Below, one piece after another: positions 1 to 13,409 of a DNA stretch of 64,000 nt. How positions within the stretch are numbered: position 1 is the stretch's first letter; each line of letters opens with the position of its first letter. This stretch comes from Octopus sinensis (lineage: Eukaryota): NCBI RefSeq assembly GCF_006345805.1, contig NC_043001.1, forward strand, positions 106,888,001 to 106,952,000, in the 5' to 3' direction. The position numbers and the translations under genes are program-made. Under the pieces are notes generated by a model. It saw nothing but the letters and a program-made list of their open reading frames with translations, ran no database searches and was not told the DNA's origin.

Positions 1-678
1 TGTATGTCTGTTTGTGCTATATGTATGTATTAGAAAATTTGCATAACCAGTCTCATAAGTTATTTGTTAAGCCTATCAAAATAACGTATAGCTCTGTATA
101 TTAATTAAACAAGAACCGTCGTGAAAATGTATATATTACACATATTTTAGGTCTTTTTTCTGAGCATTCCGTTTCTTTAAAAAAAAAACATATATCATTG
201 TACCGTAACAAAAATTATATATTTGCCATTATAAAGTTTCTTTACTTCGAGTGATTAACTGCGATATTCGTCTTGCGGCAGAACCTCTTATAGACATACA
301 GGTTTAAAAAACACAAAAATATATTGGTATAAGGTGAAGATCGTTGTGCACCGGTGATGGTATTGCTAAATCCGCATTTCTCGTTCTTTGCGCTTCCTCA
401 GTAGCAAGTATCACTTGCAACCGTATACGAAGACAAAATCCATCTGAATAAAATTTGGTTGTGTGCAATATAAGCAGTATTAGTTCAAAATAGCCTACTG
501 TGTATCATATATACAAAAGATATAATATAGGAAACCTAATTGTTTTTGATATGACTATACATCTAAATTCAGGTTTCTAGGACGTTTGTGCTTTATGATA
601 GCTACATAGATTGCCTTTTAAACTAATATTGTTTCTGATACACATCATGTCAACACACACACACACACACACATATAA

Positions 679-727
<49 letters not shown>

Positions 728-778
728 ATACTATTCTACTTATATACAAGTAGATATATATATATACATGTACATATA

Positions 779-1005
779 CTGCGCCAGGAGCGGGCTTCGA
801 TTCTGCAAGAACAGCAGCGTGCCGTGTGTAAAGCATTCACACCTAGACGTAAGGCTGTGATTCGAAACAGAGGTGGCCATATCGAATAAATGTGGTAATA
901 TAATAATTGTATTTCCTTTACCATTGCATTGCAATGCTCGTAGCTGAAATATTTTGCTTTGGCAAAATTGAAAAAAGTTGGTTGCCTTAATTTTGGGACA
1001 CCATA
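779..1005 (+). mobile_element. 3' fragment of a Tc1/mariner-superfamily (maT/Tc1-like) DNA transposon
   Basis: Translates to LRQERASILQEQQRAVCKAFTPRRKAVIRNRGGHIE*, resembling the AVI..GGHIE C-terminus of these transposases. Followed by a TIR-like end ttgccttaattttgggacacca+TA. Confidence 0.7.
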
Positions 1006-1275
1006 TATAAATATACATATACTTACATACATACATACATATGTGTGTGTATGTGTGTGCGTGCGCATATATATATATATATATACATACATGTATTCAT
1101 ACACATATAAATTTATACATGCATACATAAATACATGTATACATGGAGACATACATACATACATAAATTTATACATGCATACATAAGTACATATATACAT
1201 GCTTGTATACATGCACACATGCATTTATGCAAACATACATATATACATATATACATTTACACATACATAATGCAT

Positions 1276-1310
<35 letters not shown>

Positions 1311-2292
1311 CATACATACATACATACATACATACATGCATACATACATACATATGGGTGCAAGAAATTCACCTTCGGACCTTGTAGCTTCAGGTTCAAT
1401 CCTACTGTGATGTGCTACACTTTGGGTATCTTTTTATTTTTTTCCAGTTTCAATTTGATCAAAGTTTTGTAAGGAAAATTTAATAGAAAGAAACCGTATC
1501 AAAGATAATCATTAGTTGTGTTTATTGTGTATGTATTAATGGAAGCTACCCACGAATTTGCCTGCACAGCCATCACAAACGCTGTACAAGTATAATGAGG
1601 ATGGAATGAAGAGGAAAGATTAACCGCTTCTAAATAGCCTCTTTTCCTTTCTTTCAGACATGACTAACCTCTTCTAAATAGACATGAGATTGAATTATTC
1701 AATATGTTTTAAAATATAGTGTGCGATTTCACTACTATTTCTTGCAAGTCGATCAAACATACAAAGGTTAGCCTCGTTCGTTAGCATGTCTTCATGCTTC
1801 TTGCTGTTCAATCCCTGATTAACCAGATTTATGATAAAATGCATTTTTTTACGATCATCATGTGTTTATTTAATTAGTATGCGTTCAAGATTACGTTATT
1901 TAATGTGCTCGTCCCCATTTTATGACTACATGGTGTGAGTGAAGGGAAATTTGGTTGATATTTCTAGGAAGTCTTGCAACCGCTTAATGTCTCCGTCGTT
2001 GTATCAGGTTTCTTTTCTCTCAGTGAACTTAATTTGTGCGTTGTGCGATAATGTTAATTGAACTACTTAGTATTCTTTGTAGTTTGCAGTGATCTTATTG
2101 AAGAGAAACTGGGGTTAGATAACACTGGTTTTATCATGGACACATTATCTAATATATTTTCACACAAGTGCTGTGCTTTCTTCATATTAATCAAATGCGG
2201 TGTCATTAAGTACTCCTAGAGTGTTTGTGCGTATATTTTTCTTTGTATGTGGTACGTTTATTTTATTGAAAGTTATGAATAGTTATCTTTTA

Positions 2293-2500
2293 TCATTTAC
2301 TTGATTCAGTCATTAGACTGCAGCCAGGCTGGAGCACCGCCTTGAAAAATTTTAGTTGAACGAACCGACCCCAGTGCTTCTTTTGTAAGCCTGATACTTA
2401 GTGTATTGGTCTCTTTGCCGAACCGTTAAATTACGGGGACGTAAACACACCAACACCTGTTGTCAAGCAGGGGGATGGGACAAGCACAAAGAATCACACA
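2293..2500 (-). mobile_element. SINE family A, 3' half
   Basis: Reverse complement matches the 3' half of the full copy at 5959-6358 (ccccgtaa..ttcggcaaagagacc..aaggcggtgctccagc..gactga). Confidence 0.8.
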
Positions 2501-2559
2501 TATAGACACACACACACACACACATGCACAGTCTCACACACACACATATACATACATAC

Positions 2560-3010
2560 ATATCTTTTACTGTTATATATTTTTTTACTGTTTATATTTT
2601 TTTACTGTTTATTTTCTTACTGTTTATATTTTTGTACTGTCGTTACTGTCCTGTTTTTTTTACCATTTTTTTACCATTTTTTACCCCTCTGCGAAAAGAT
2701 CTCAGAATTTTAATTGATTTGCTTTTCGCAGGAAGGAAAGTTTCTTGTCGAAGATACGTCTCGCTTTTATCCTTCGAAACGTAGAGTAGATGAAACCTTA
2801 GCGACTGAAGAAGGGGTTTTTTCGTTGTGTTAATTGTCCTGTACTCCATTTTTTGTTGTTTTTAAAAAAATGTCCAGTTTCTTTGGTTTGTGTCTATGTT
2901 TTCGTTTCTCTTTGTGTTCGACGTCCCTTTGGTGTCTGTACTCATATATGCGTGTATATGTACATGTAGAGGTAGGTACGTACATATATGTTTATATATA
3001 TATGCATATG
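2560..3010 (+). mobile_element. Non-autonomous interspersed repeat P2 (probably Penelope-derived), nested inside a SINE A
   Basis: Homologous to 28625-29105 and, reversed, to 10488-10792 and 24490-24765. No TIRs, ends in TA tracts, carries GAAAC and CTGAAGA motifs. Confidence 0.5.
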
Positions 3011-3028
3011 TTTTATTTCATTTACTTA

Positions 3029-3073
<45 letters not shown>

Positions 3074-3077
<4 letters not shown>

Positions 3078-3244
3078 GACGGTACGATGGGCTTCTTTCA
3101 ATTTCCGTCTACAAATCTACTCACAAGGCTTTGGTAGGCCTGAGGTAATAGAAGACAATTGCCCAAGGTGCCACGCAGTAGGACTGAACCAGAACCATGT
3201 GGTTGGGAAGCAAGCTTCTTACCACACAGCCAGGCCTGCGCCTA
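3074..3244 (-). mobile_element. SINE family A, 5' half with tRNA-like head
   Basis: Reverse complement begins taggcgcaggcctggctgtgtggtaagaagc (A-box-like) then ggttcagtcc (B-box-like). Matches the head of 5959-6358. Confidence 0.85.
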
Positions 3245-3914
3245 GTTAAATTCTTCTTGTAGGAAGAGATATGTCGGATCTGGCAGATGCTGTTTCAGTC
3301 TGTTTGTTTCAACATAAGTTTCTAGGTGATTCATGTTGTATAGGAAAATTTGCGCAGGAACTGTCTGAGGATATGTATATCACTGAAGCCTGCATGTCTC
3401 TGCGTCATTCTAAGATTTCGTTAGAATGTTTAAGACTACTGGTTGCCGAGGAGTTCTAATAAAACCGAAACGTGTCTAGAAATGAAGCTATAGATCGAAA
3501 TTAAATGCAAAGATGCTAGATACTGCCTCATTGTGTCTCTATATATATAGATGTATATCAACATATACCTTGTTATATACACACACACACATACACACAC
3601 ATACTTATACATAAACATATGTACATATATACTTACCTACAAATATACAAATATATATATACATACGCATGTACATATGTATATATGTATATATATGTTA
3701 TTGTTGGTAGTGTCACACTGTTGCGAAAAGCAAATAGGCGAAATAAAGTTCTGAAAATAGTTAGAGTGAAATCATCATATTCAGACCTAGTGTGAGTTTT
3801 GGTCGAAATTGTGAGCGGGCTAAAATTTAGGAAACTGCGATAGCTGGTCACTCAAACACGTATTTGAACATGTAGACAAAAAGAAAGAAAAAAAGAAAGA
3901 AAGGAAGGAAGAAA

Positions 3915-4041
<127 letters not shown>

Positions 4042-4419
4042 TGTAGATAGATATGTGAATAGATATGCGCATGCATACATATCACATATCCTCATTATGC
4101 CCTAATGTCAATATTAATGTACATTATCATTGGCCTAAGAGACGTTATGGAAAGAATAATTTATAAGTAATCACCCAAAACGATATGGAGATGTGCCTAA
4201 AAGCTTCTTCTGTGCCAGTCCATGAGATAAAGTGTTACATAACATTGTATGTTAAGTACCATAAATCACGGAGTCGAACAAGCTTCACAAAATCTAATGT
4301 ATACATCTGGTGTGTCATATACCTACTTACCATACATACACACATACATACATATTAACATACATACATACTCAGACAAACAGACACACACACAGATATG
4401 TATGTATGTATGTATGTAT

Positions 4420-4962
4420 GTATATTATTATTCAGTTTTATTCTAAAATTTTTGCCAGTAAATAGTCGGTTTCTAACCTAGATCCGTGGCTCCTTCATTG
4501 CAATTTCAACAACATTTCTGTACATGTTTGTGTGTGTGTGCGTACACCATTTGGAATCAGTGCACATGCAGATGTGTATGCTTTGTTTTATGGATGTATT
4601 CTCAAGCATATAGTTGTATGCTAGACATGCGCATATATACTTAAATACTAAACTTCTGGAAAGTTTTACAAACTTTTGCAGTTCCATTGGTGTCTTGAAT
4701 TTGCAATCTTCTAATTAGCTTTCTTCTTTCTGATTTTCAGAAGCCTAATTTCTCAAGACTTGTGATTGGGCTGTTTGTTAGATATACCATAGCCTCAATA
4801 ATTACAAATATAAAATTGATTTTGTAATACCGGTAGAATAATGTATGTATGTCATTATTCAGTTTATTTCAAGATTTCTTGCCAATAGAGAAAGAACCGA
4901 TTTCCATCCTAGTTCCAAGGCTTCTTCATTGGAATTTCAACATCAACAACAGGGTATGTATG

Positions 4963-4996
<34 letters not shown>

Positions 4997-5195
4997 TGTA
5001 CGTATGTATGTACGTATGTATGTATATGTGCAGATTTGTATGTTTTGTTTTATGTATGTATTTTCATGCATATAGTTGCATATCTACACATGCTCATATA
5101 TATGTAAATGATAAACCTCTGGAAAGTTTAACAGATTTTTACGTTCCAGTGATGGCTTGGTTATGCAGTCTTCGAATTAGCTTTCTTCTTTCTGT
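4420..5195. repeat. Diverged tandem duplication, period about 430-470 bp
   Basis: 4425-4520 aligns with 4855-4950 (attattcagttt..ttgcca..cctag.tcc..ggct.cttcattg.aatttcaaca). 4600-4735 aligns with 5065-5195 (ctggaaagttt..aattagctttcttctttctg). Confidence 0.7.
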
Positions 5196-5257
5196 ATATG
5201 TATGTGCGCACGCGCTTGTGTGCGTTTGTGTGTATGTATATTTTCATATATTCTTTT

Positions 5258-5440
5258 ATTCTTTCATTTCTTTCGGTCATTTGACTGCAGCCATGCCGGT
5301 GTACCACCTTGAAGGGTTTTAGTCAAACAAATCAACCCCAGTACTTACTTTTTTAAAGCCTAGTACTTATTCTATCGCCACTTTTGTCGAACCACTAAGT
5401 TACGGGGCCAATCTTGGGCACAAAGACACAAACACACATA
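5258..5440 (-). mobile_element. SINE family A, 3' half
   Basis: Contains gtcatttgactgcagccatgc..cctagtacttattctatcg, the reverse complement of the family A tail. Confidence 0.75.
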
Positions 5441-5450
5441 CACACACACG

Positions 5451-5499
<49 letters not shown>

Positions 5500-5514
5500 C
5501 ACACACATATATAT

Positions 5515-5660
5515 ATATTAATAAAAGAAATAAAACATATGCATATATATAAACATATATGTACGTACCTACCTCTACATGTACATATACACGCATATAT
5601 GAGTACAGGACACCAAAGGGACGTCGAACACATAGAGAAACGAAAACATAGACACAAACC
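5515..5660 (-). mobile_element. Repeat P2 fragment
   Basis: Near reverse complement of 2890-3025 (gtacgtacctacctctacatgtacatatacacgcatatatgagtacag). Confidence 0.6.
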
Positions 5661-5662
5661 AG

Positions 5663-5693
<31 letters not shown>

Positions 5694-5958
5694 TATATAT
5701 AGATATATATATATATAATATATATTATATATATCTATATATAGATTGTCATGATTCTAATAATGTGTACTACACGAAACTTTTCGCTAGATACAGAAAA
5801 AAATCCGATTTACCGAGAGTTTGAAATGCATGTATATATGATGGACTCGCCATCAAATCGACATTGTTTGAACAGGTACACAATGTACCACGAGTCAGGT
5901 GTCAAAGCGATCGTAGAGCAACATAGGATGAAGTCCTTTGTATATATGTATATATATA

Positions 5959-6358
5959 TAGGCACAGGCATGGCTGTGTGGTAAAAAGCTTGCTTCCCAA
6001 CCACATGGTTCTGGGTTCAGTCCCAATGTGTGGGACCTTGGGCAAATCTCTTCTGCTATAGCCTCGAGCCGACCAAAGCCTTGTGAGTGGATTTGGTTGA
6101 CGGAAACCAAATATATATATATATATATGAAAATGTTTATGTGCGTCTTTGTGTCTGTGTTTGTCCTTCCACCATCGCTTGCCAACCAAAATCTGTGTGT
6201 TTACGTCCTCGTAACTTAATGGGTTGACAGAGAAACCGATAGAATAAGTACTAGGCTAACAAAGAATAAGTCCTGGGATCGATTTCTCTTTGACTAAATA
6301 CCCCTTTAAGGCAGTGCTTCAACATGGTTGCAGTCAATTGACTGAAACAAATAAAATA
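5959..6358 (+). mobile_element. SINE family A, full length (tRNA-like head, internal TA/TG microsatellite, AT-rich tail)
   Basis: Head tggctgtgtggtaa (A box) and gggttcagtccc (B box). At least 12 homologous copies in the window on both strands. Confidence 0.9.
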
Positions 6359-7104
6359 ACATATGTATATATATCAATATATGTATATATATCAATATAT
6401 GTATATGTATATGAATCGATAAAGTGATAAAAAAAATTGATATGTTGATAAAAAACAGTATTGATAAAAAATTAATGACATCACTTCTATGATGAACATT
6501 TTCATCGAATAGCATATATGTCCTAATTTAGATTTAAACCAGTACAGGTAAACATTTGTTTCTCAGTAATATCACATTATCATCAGAGTTCACAAGTTTC
6601 TGAACTCCATTCTTAAATACCGAAGTCATGCTTTGTTTCATATATTAATTGGTTCAAAGTAATTCTTGAAAGGACATATTGCCTGAGATGTCAAATAATA
6701 TTATCGAATATAAGGATGTGAAATTACGGTAAAGCTATACTTCAATTGAATGGCGACAAAATAGGGCAAATGGAAGACAATATACGTGTGAACATTTTGA
6801 TTTTTAAGACAATTTTTCAAACTATATCATCTAAAACTTTCTTACACTTATCATGTACCAAACATTGTCTGGATCATACAACTCTAAGAGACATCTGTCA
6901 ATTCAATCTAAAATAGTAATGGAATTTTCAATTGTTGCTCTTGTTTAGTCCTGGTAAATTGTGATCAATAATTCTTTTATTAAAAGCTATCTAGCTGCAA
7001 CTATATCGTCTTCATTATCCAAAATATCTCTCACACCCTCTAGAAAGTGGAAATATAATTTCGGCATAATCGCCAGTGTCCAACAAAATCCCTACATCAT
7101 TTAG

Positions 7105-7262
7105 TTAAAGCTGTGGCCGTCTATGTTCTGAGTTCAAATTCCACCGAAGTCAACTTTTCTCGCTATGAATGATAAAATAAGGTATCAGATAAATACTTAG
7201 GTTGATTTAAACAACCCCAATCAAATACTGGGGTTGATCTAATCGACTATATCCCCTTCTTA
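7105..7262 (+). mobile_element. SINE family B, degenerate
   Basis: Contains gttctgagttcaaattccaccgaagtcaactt..gataaaataag..ctggggttgatctaatcgact, matching other family B copies. Confidence 0.65.
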
Positions 7263-7361
7263 AACTTTTATTTAGGTGGTATTAAGTTAATATAGCTTAC
7301 TCTATGTACATGTGTGTGTGCGTGTACGTATACACAACGCATATGTGTGCGTTGTGCATGT

Positions 7362-7393
<32 letters not shown>

Positions 7394-7529
7394 GTACATA
7401 TATGTGTATATGTGAGTGTTAATATTTGTTTTATATTTAGTTATGATAAAAACAATTTTACGTTAACCTGAGGGATTACTCTGTACTTTTGCAGAGTACA
7501 AATGTATTATTCTTTCTTTTTTAAGAGTT

Positions 7530-7563
<34 letters not shown>

Positions 7564-7677
7564 TGTATGTATGTATGTATGTATGTATGTATGTATATGT
7601 ATGTATATATATATAAATAATATAATATACACACACACACACTCATTATATATAATAGCAATTAATCAGCTGCAGAG

Positions 7678-7728
<51 letters not shown>

Positions 7729-8693
7729 TATATATATATATTATATATATTATAATATAATACTATATATATACATACACAATACATATATATATATCAT
7801 TGTAATGAGATCGATTTAATATCCCGATAATGTATCATAGATGTGAAGGGAACAATAACATAGTTTCATAATTTGGCGGAAGGCAAGTGAATGAGATCAT
7901 AATAGACGACAAAAAGATTGGGTATCGACAAATAATATAGTTTATTTTTCCACCGCATATTTTAGCCTACTGCTTCTTGAGTTAAATATATTGATATACA
8001 CATTTTAAGTGAGAGAACTGAAATCTTATTTTCTCTTTATATGCCTGATGGAAGAAATTCAGTATATGTAGGCTTTCTGTGACTATATATTCACTTGCTT
8101 CTTTACACCATGATATCGACAAACGGTCCCTAGTGGCTTCCTCGACAAATATTAAGCGCTTGTCGTAGAATTTTCGCGGAAGAATGGTAAGGTGGTTTCC
8201 CGTTACCCTTTTAGCAGTTTTTTACAAGAAATTTAACAAGAACACCATCATGTTGGCTGCAACCAATTCTGAAAGTGAGAATGAAATAGAAGCGACCAAA
8301 ACTTGACTGTTGTTTTATTTATCAAACTAGAAGGGATGAAAGTTAGAATTGGCTAAGGCCAATTTGAACATTGAACGCAGAGATCCGTTTAGATGCTGTA
8401 ACGAATCTAGCGATTTACCGCCCTCTGTAGTTATATGCCCTAAAGTCAAAATAAACTGCTGGGTGTATACCGTATAAACACCATAGAGAATTATATTCAA
8501 CAACGTCTTTAAGTGTTAATTAAAGCCATTTTATTGCTATTGTTATTAAAAAGCTTGTATATTAATCCACTTTATTCGGTGGATTGCCTGTGACGGAGAG
8601 TGAGTGAAGCAAAGATTCAGACGGAAGGTAAGAGGAGAATGACATAGGAAGTGTGTGTGTATGTGTGTGTGTGTGTGTGTGTGCGCGTGTGTA

Positions 8694-8725
<32 letters not shown>

Positions 8726-8758
8726 CGCGCGTGTGTGTGTGAGTGTGTAGTGTGTGTA

Positions 8759-8802
<44 letters not shown>

Positions 8803-8929
8803 AAGAGATTGTGTATATATCATATATATATATTTGCACATTTGTGTAATAGTGTGAGTGCGATGAGAAAAGGGCTCTAAAAGAGAGGGATACAAAAGGA
8901 GAAACAAAAGTTGAAGCAAGCATATATAT

Positions 8930-8977
<48 letters not shown>

Positions 8978-9718
8978 TATATACTCATACCACACAGCAC
9001 ACAAAGCCACACGTATACACACACAATTATATATATATATATATGGTTCATCCAGAGGAGAAAAGCAACACCCATGACATATTTTGCAGACCCCTGAAAC
9101 AGGTGGGAGAACAAAAGGAGAAACTATGACTTGTGTTGTTCTCAAACCGCAAATATGCTCCGAATGTTTGCGGCAGAATATATTCTGTTAATGGCACATG
9201 AAGCCAGGTTGTGAAGCTAAAGCAGAGCAATGAATTAAATTTATAAATACAGTAAGAGAAACAGTGTCAATGTTAAGCTTCAGTTACCATCAAACAAAAT
9301 TTCACAGAAAAGGCTTAAAATATAACAAAATGTAAGGGGAATTGAACCGCAAGCCGTGTGATTACAAGACGAACATTACGATGCGGTTTTTACTCACGTT
9401 TTGTGTGTATGTTTTGTGTGTAGGGAGGTGCACGTGCACATATATATATATATATTTCTGCTTATGTGTTAGAATACTGTAATGCATATAAATTTAAGCT
9501 TTTGTTTGTTTCAGCTTTGAAGAATCTTACTCGAACGAATCGACTTCTGTACTTAATATTTTTTTAAGCCTGGTCTATCGGTCTCTTTCGTCGAACCGCA
9601 AGTTTATAGGAGACAAACTTAAACGCAAAGACACATACACACTAACACACACGCACGCACACGCACACGCACACACACACAAAGCACACATGCATGTATA
9701 TATATATATATATATATA

Positions 9719-9797
9719 TTGGGTCATCCCATAAATAATGCGGTTTTTTCAATTGCGTGAACTAAAAGTCGGAGGGGGACGGGATAAACAACTTGCA
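9719..9797 (+). mobile_element. Mariner 5' end running into the assembly gap
   Basis: TA followed by ttgggtcatcccataaataatgcggttttttcaattgc. The same terminus occurs at 63811, where it leads to an ATG. Confidence 0.7.
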
Positions 9798-9897
9798 NNN
9801 NNNNNNNNNNNNNNNNNNNNNNNNNNNNNNNNNNNNNNNNNNNNNNNNNNNNNNNNNNNNNNNNNNNNNNNNNNNNNNNNNNNNNNNNNNNNNNNNN
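9798..9897. other. Assembly gap (100 N)
   Basis: Exactly 100 consecutive N, typical of a fixed-size scaffold gap. Confidence 1.
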
Positions 9898-10018
9898 TGC
9901 CAGATTGAATATTTTCCACCTAATTTGCGAGTAACATCGTACAGTGAATAGGATATGCTTATATTTCTAATTTCGTATGTATATTCTCTTATGTATATGT
10001 ATGCAAGTGTGTGTGTGT

Positions 10019-10062
<44 letters not shown>

Positions 10063-10413
10063 GAAGCGCACAATTTTTTCTTTAATTTATTTGTTTATGT
10101 ATTTGCTTATTGAACGACATAACGGGCGAACTATTTGAACATTTTGTTCAACAACATTCTAGGAAAACGTAACTTTTTAATCAGCTATATAAACCCACAG
10201 AGCTTCGACTTGTATCTAGTTTGATAAGTGCCAACGCACAAATCTCCCGGCCCTTTAGTCACTCCGTTGCTTCTGCTAAATAAACATAAAACAATACGTA
10301 TGCTCATATTTTGACTTCTATTTTTTACCTGTTCGCATCACTATACCTATACAGTTATGCTGTATACTATAAACTATATATACACACACACTCTCTCTCA
10401 CACACACACAATC

Positions 10414-10482
<69 letters not shown>

Positions 10483-10487
10483 GAAAA

Positions 10488-10792
10488 AACTTACTTGGAA
10501 AAGGATGCGTGGCATTCAATCATATAATAATAAATATATAAATATAAATATATGCATATATACATACATATATGTACATACCTACATATATATGTATATA
10601 TACATGCATATATGGGTACAGGATATCAAAAAAACGTGGAACACAATGAGAAACGAAAACATAAAAACAAAAACATAGAAATCAACCTTTTTTTCAAACA
10701 ACGAAATAAACAGAGTATAAGACATACAACACAAGGAATATTCCCCTTCTTCAGTTGTTCCTGCTCCATCTACTCCGCGTTTCGAAGATATA
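10488..10792 (-). mobile_element. Repeat P2
   Basis: Highly similar to 24490-24765 and the reverse complement of 28820-29105. Confidence 0.65.
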
Positions 10793-10802
10793 TATATATA
10801 TA

Positions 10803-11089
10803 TATATCACCGTGATCACCGTGATCGACCAGGCTATCAGATGTTGCTACACATCGCTGGTCACAATGCGCTTCGCATTGTTTTTTTTTAGCTTTCAAAT
10901 GACGCCACCCCGCTGGCTAAGCGAGCAGGCAAACAGAAGAAAGAGTGAGAGAAAGTTGTAGCGAAAGAGCCTCGTGGAGTTTTAGATGTTTTCGCTCAAT
11001 AAACACTCACAACGCCTGGTCTGGGAATCGAAACCGCGATCCTACGACTGCGAGTCCGCTGCCCTAACCACTGGGCCATTGCGCCTCCA
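10803..11089 (-). mobile_element. SINE family C with well-preserved tRNA-derived head
   Basis: Reverse complement reads tggaggcgcaaTGGCCCAGTGGttagggcagcggactcgcagtcgtaggatcgcGGTTTCGATTCCCagacc, with A and B boxes at tRNA spacing. Followed by a non-tRNA body. Confidence 0.85.
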
Positions 11090-11095
11090 TATATA

Positions 11096-11133
<38 letters not shown>

Positions 11134-11169
11134 TTATATATATATATATATATATTAATATATATATAT

Positions 11170-11200
<31 letters not shown>

Positions 11201-11274
11201 TATATTATATTATATATATATATATATATTATATATATATATATATATAGATATATTAATATATATATATATTA

Positions 11275-11304
<30 letters not shown>

Positions 11305-11312
<8 letters not shown>

Positions 11313-11321
11313 CTAAGAATG

Positions 11322-11352
<31 letters not shown>

Positions 11353-12483
11353 TTCCCTAAAACTTGAGAACTACACAACCAATTTCATTCAAATTTTACA
11401 CATGGGTTACTTAGGATCCATGTAGTTTCATGAGCAAAAAAAATGTTCAACTTCTTGCCTAGAGCGAGCCCATAGCAATATCATATCTTCTCCCCTATTT
11501 CAGTTTTACGTGTTAAAAGTGAAACATTTCTCTATTTTATGTCAGATGCTTTCACTTTAACAATAAAAATAATAATAACAATTGAATTATATGTAGCAAG
11601 TAATAATTAAAATCAAACTAAAGTATAATATAATCGTAACATAACAAAAGTAAAAATAGCAATTGGTATAAAATTGCATCAATGACTTGAACTTGAATAA
11701 GTGGTTTCACATGAATGGGAATAAGTTAAAATTAAAATTAGCGTGCAGAAATGGAATAGTCCAGATGGATAATAAAAAATTAAATTAAAGAAAAGACTAT
11801 TGTCTATAAAGTATACAATGTAAAGAAAAAAGATTTGAACACCTGGAGGAAAGGGCCATCGAAAAGTGTCTTGGTGCGACTATGAAATATATCTAACCAG
11901 AGGTGGTAAATTCGCCACAATAGAAGCAAGGTTGGAGTCAACGGCGCGTGCAAGGGAGTACTCGACTCAAATTTGCAAAGTGGAAATATTTTATTTTTAC
12001 CTTTATACCTGGGACGTTGGACGTCCCGGACAAAAATTAAAGATGCCCCTCCCCCACCAGCAGTAGAGGTAGGCTACTATACAAGAGGGAGTAGTCGACT
12101 CGAACTTGCAAAGTGAAAATATTTTATTTTTACTTTTATATCTGGGACGTAGGACGTCCCGGATAAAAATTAAAGATGCCCCCCCCCCCAGCAGTAGAGG
12201 TAGGCTGGATTGTAGCCACACTTCTATACAATAGAAAGAAGGAAAGAATGAAAGAGGGAGGACAAGATACAATTGATCGAAATTGCAAGAGACAGGCTTA
12301 CAATTCCAGTCTGTTATATATTTTGAGTATTGTTATCACTAGCGATATCAAGATATAACTTTGTATTTTGTATTTTATGTGTAGATGTATATATATATAG
12401 ATGTACATGTAATATGTACACATATATATACACATATATATATGCACTAGCACTATGACCGGCAACGACGGGTCATAATGCTA

Positions 12484-12484
<1 letters not shown>
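11305..12484 (+). mobile_element. Non-autonomous Helitron (about 1.2 kb)
   Basis: 3' hairpin tatgacc-ggcaacgacg-ggtcata, then CTAG followed by T (12481-12485). (GTCT)n near the 5' end, which merges into a TA tract. Second 5'-end copy at 35820-36075. Confidence 0.75.
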
Positions 12485-12559
<75 letters not shown>

Positions 12560-12567
<8 letters not shown>

Positions 12568-12960
12568 TTATATACATACTTGGAAATGGATGCGTCGCGT
12601 TCAATCAATAATATAATTAGTATATATATATGAAGGAATACCAAAAATGGGGGACAAGAATGCAAAACATCCTGACAGACAATACAAACAACAAGGACTG
12701 GTCATTCGGAGTTTTCTTTCTTCAGTCGAGTTCCAGATTATCTTTGCAATTTCGGCTGGTTATACTCGAGATTGTTCCAATCAGGCTAGCCGAAGGAAAA
12801 ACTAAGCTAAGAGCACTAGATTCCTTGTAAGAAAGTAGCGAATGCATACGAAAGTAAGGACGGAAAAAACAGAGAAATGGTACACAAATACAAATGCAAA
12901 TAAAGGACATTAACAACAGGTGTCTTTCGACTAAGGACGAATTAAATTAAGCTAGCGTGT
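12560..12960 (-). mobile_element. Unclassified repeat sharing a terminus with P2
   Basis: tacttggaaatggatgcgtcgcgttcaatca matches the P2 ends at 10490 and 29075-29100. Orientation assigned by analogy. Confidence 0.4.
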
Positions 12961-13355
12961 GTGGAAGTGAAGCCTTACGGCAGGGACATAAGAGGTGACA
13001 GGCATAGGGAGGAATATAGATGTTGCACGGATGGTAGTCGAACCAAGAAAGGAAGATCACGCTTGGCTGAACACCGGTCACATGGAGAGAGAAGAGAGAG
13101 AGGTAGAGGCAGAGGGATAGAAGAATTATGGAGGGACGAGCAAAAAAGAAAAGTGTCAGAATGAAGTGAAAGAGGAGGGAAGGTGAGAATGAAGAGAAAG
13201 CCAGGAAATGTGAAAGTGGAAAGAACGAAGTGTGAAGGGGATAATAGAAAGAAGGAAAGAATGAAAGAATAATAGAGTCGTACAAAATTTAGAAATATAT
13301 ATATCTATATATATGTATATATATATGTATTTATGTATATATATATATATGTGTA

Positions 13356-13406
<51 letters not shown>

Positions 13407-13409
13407 TTA

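Noticed and set aside
3271-3459. 62-aa ORF as a host exon
   Set aside because: An acceptor-like site precedes it, but no family is recognisable and it ends in a PLE-like GAAACGTGTC motif. More likely a repeat relic.
10990-11089. tRNA gene
   Set aside because: A and B boxes are present, but the anticodon and acceptor stems do not pair properly and the sequence continues into a repeat body. It is a SINE head.
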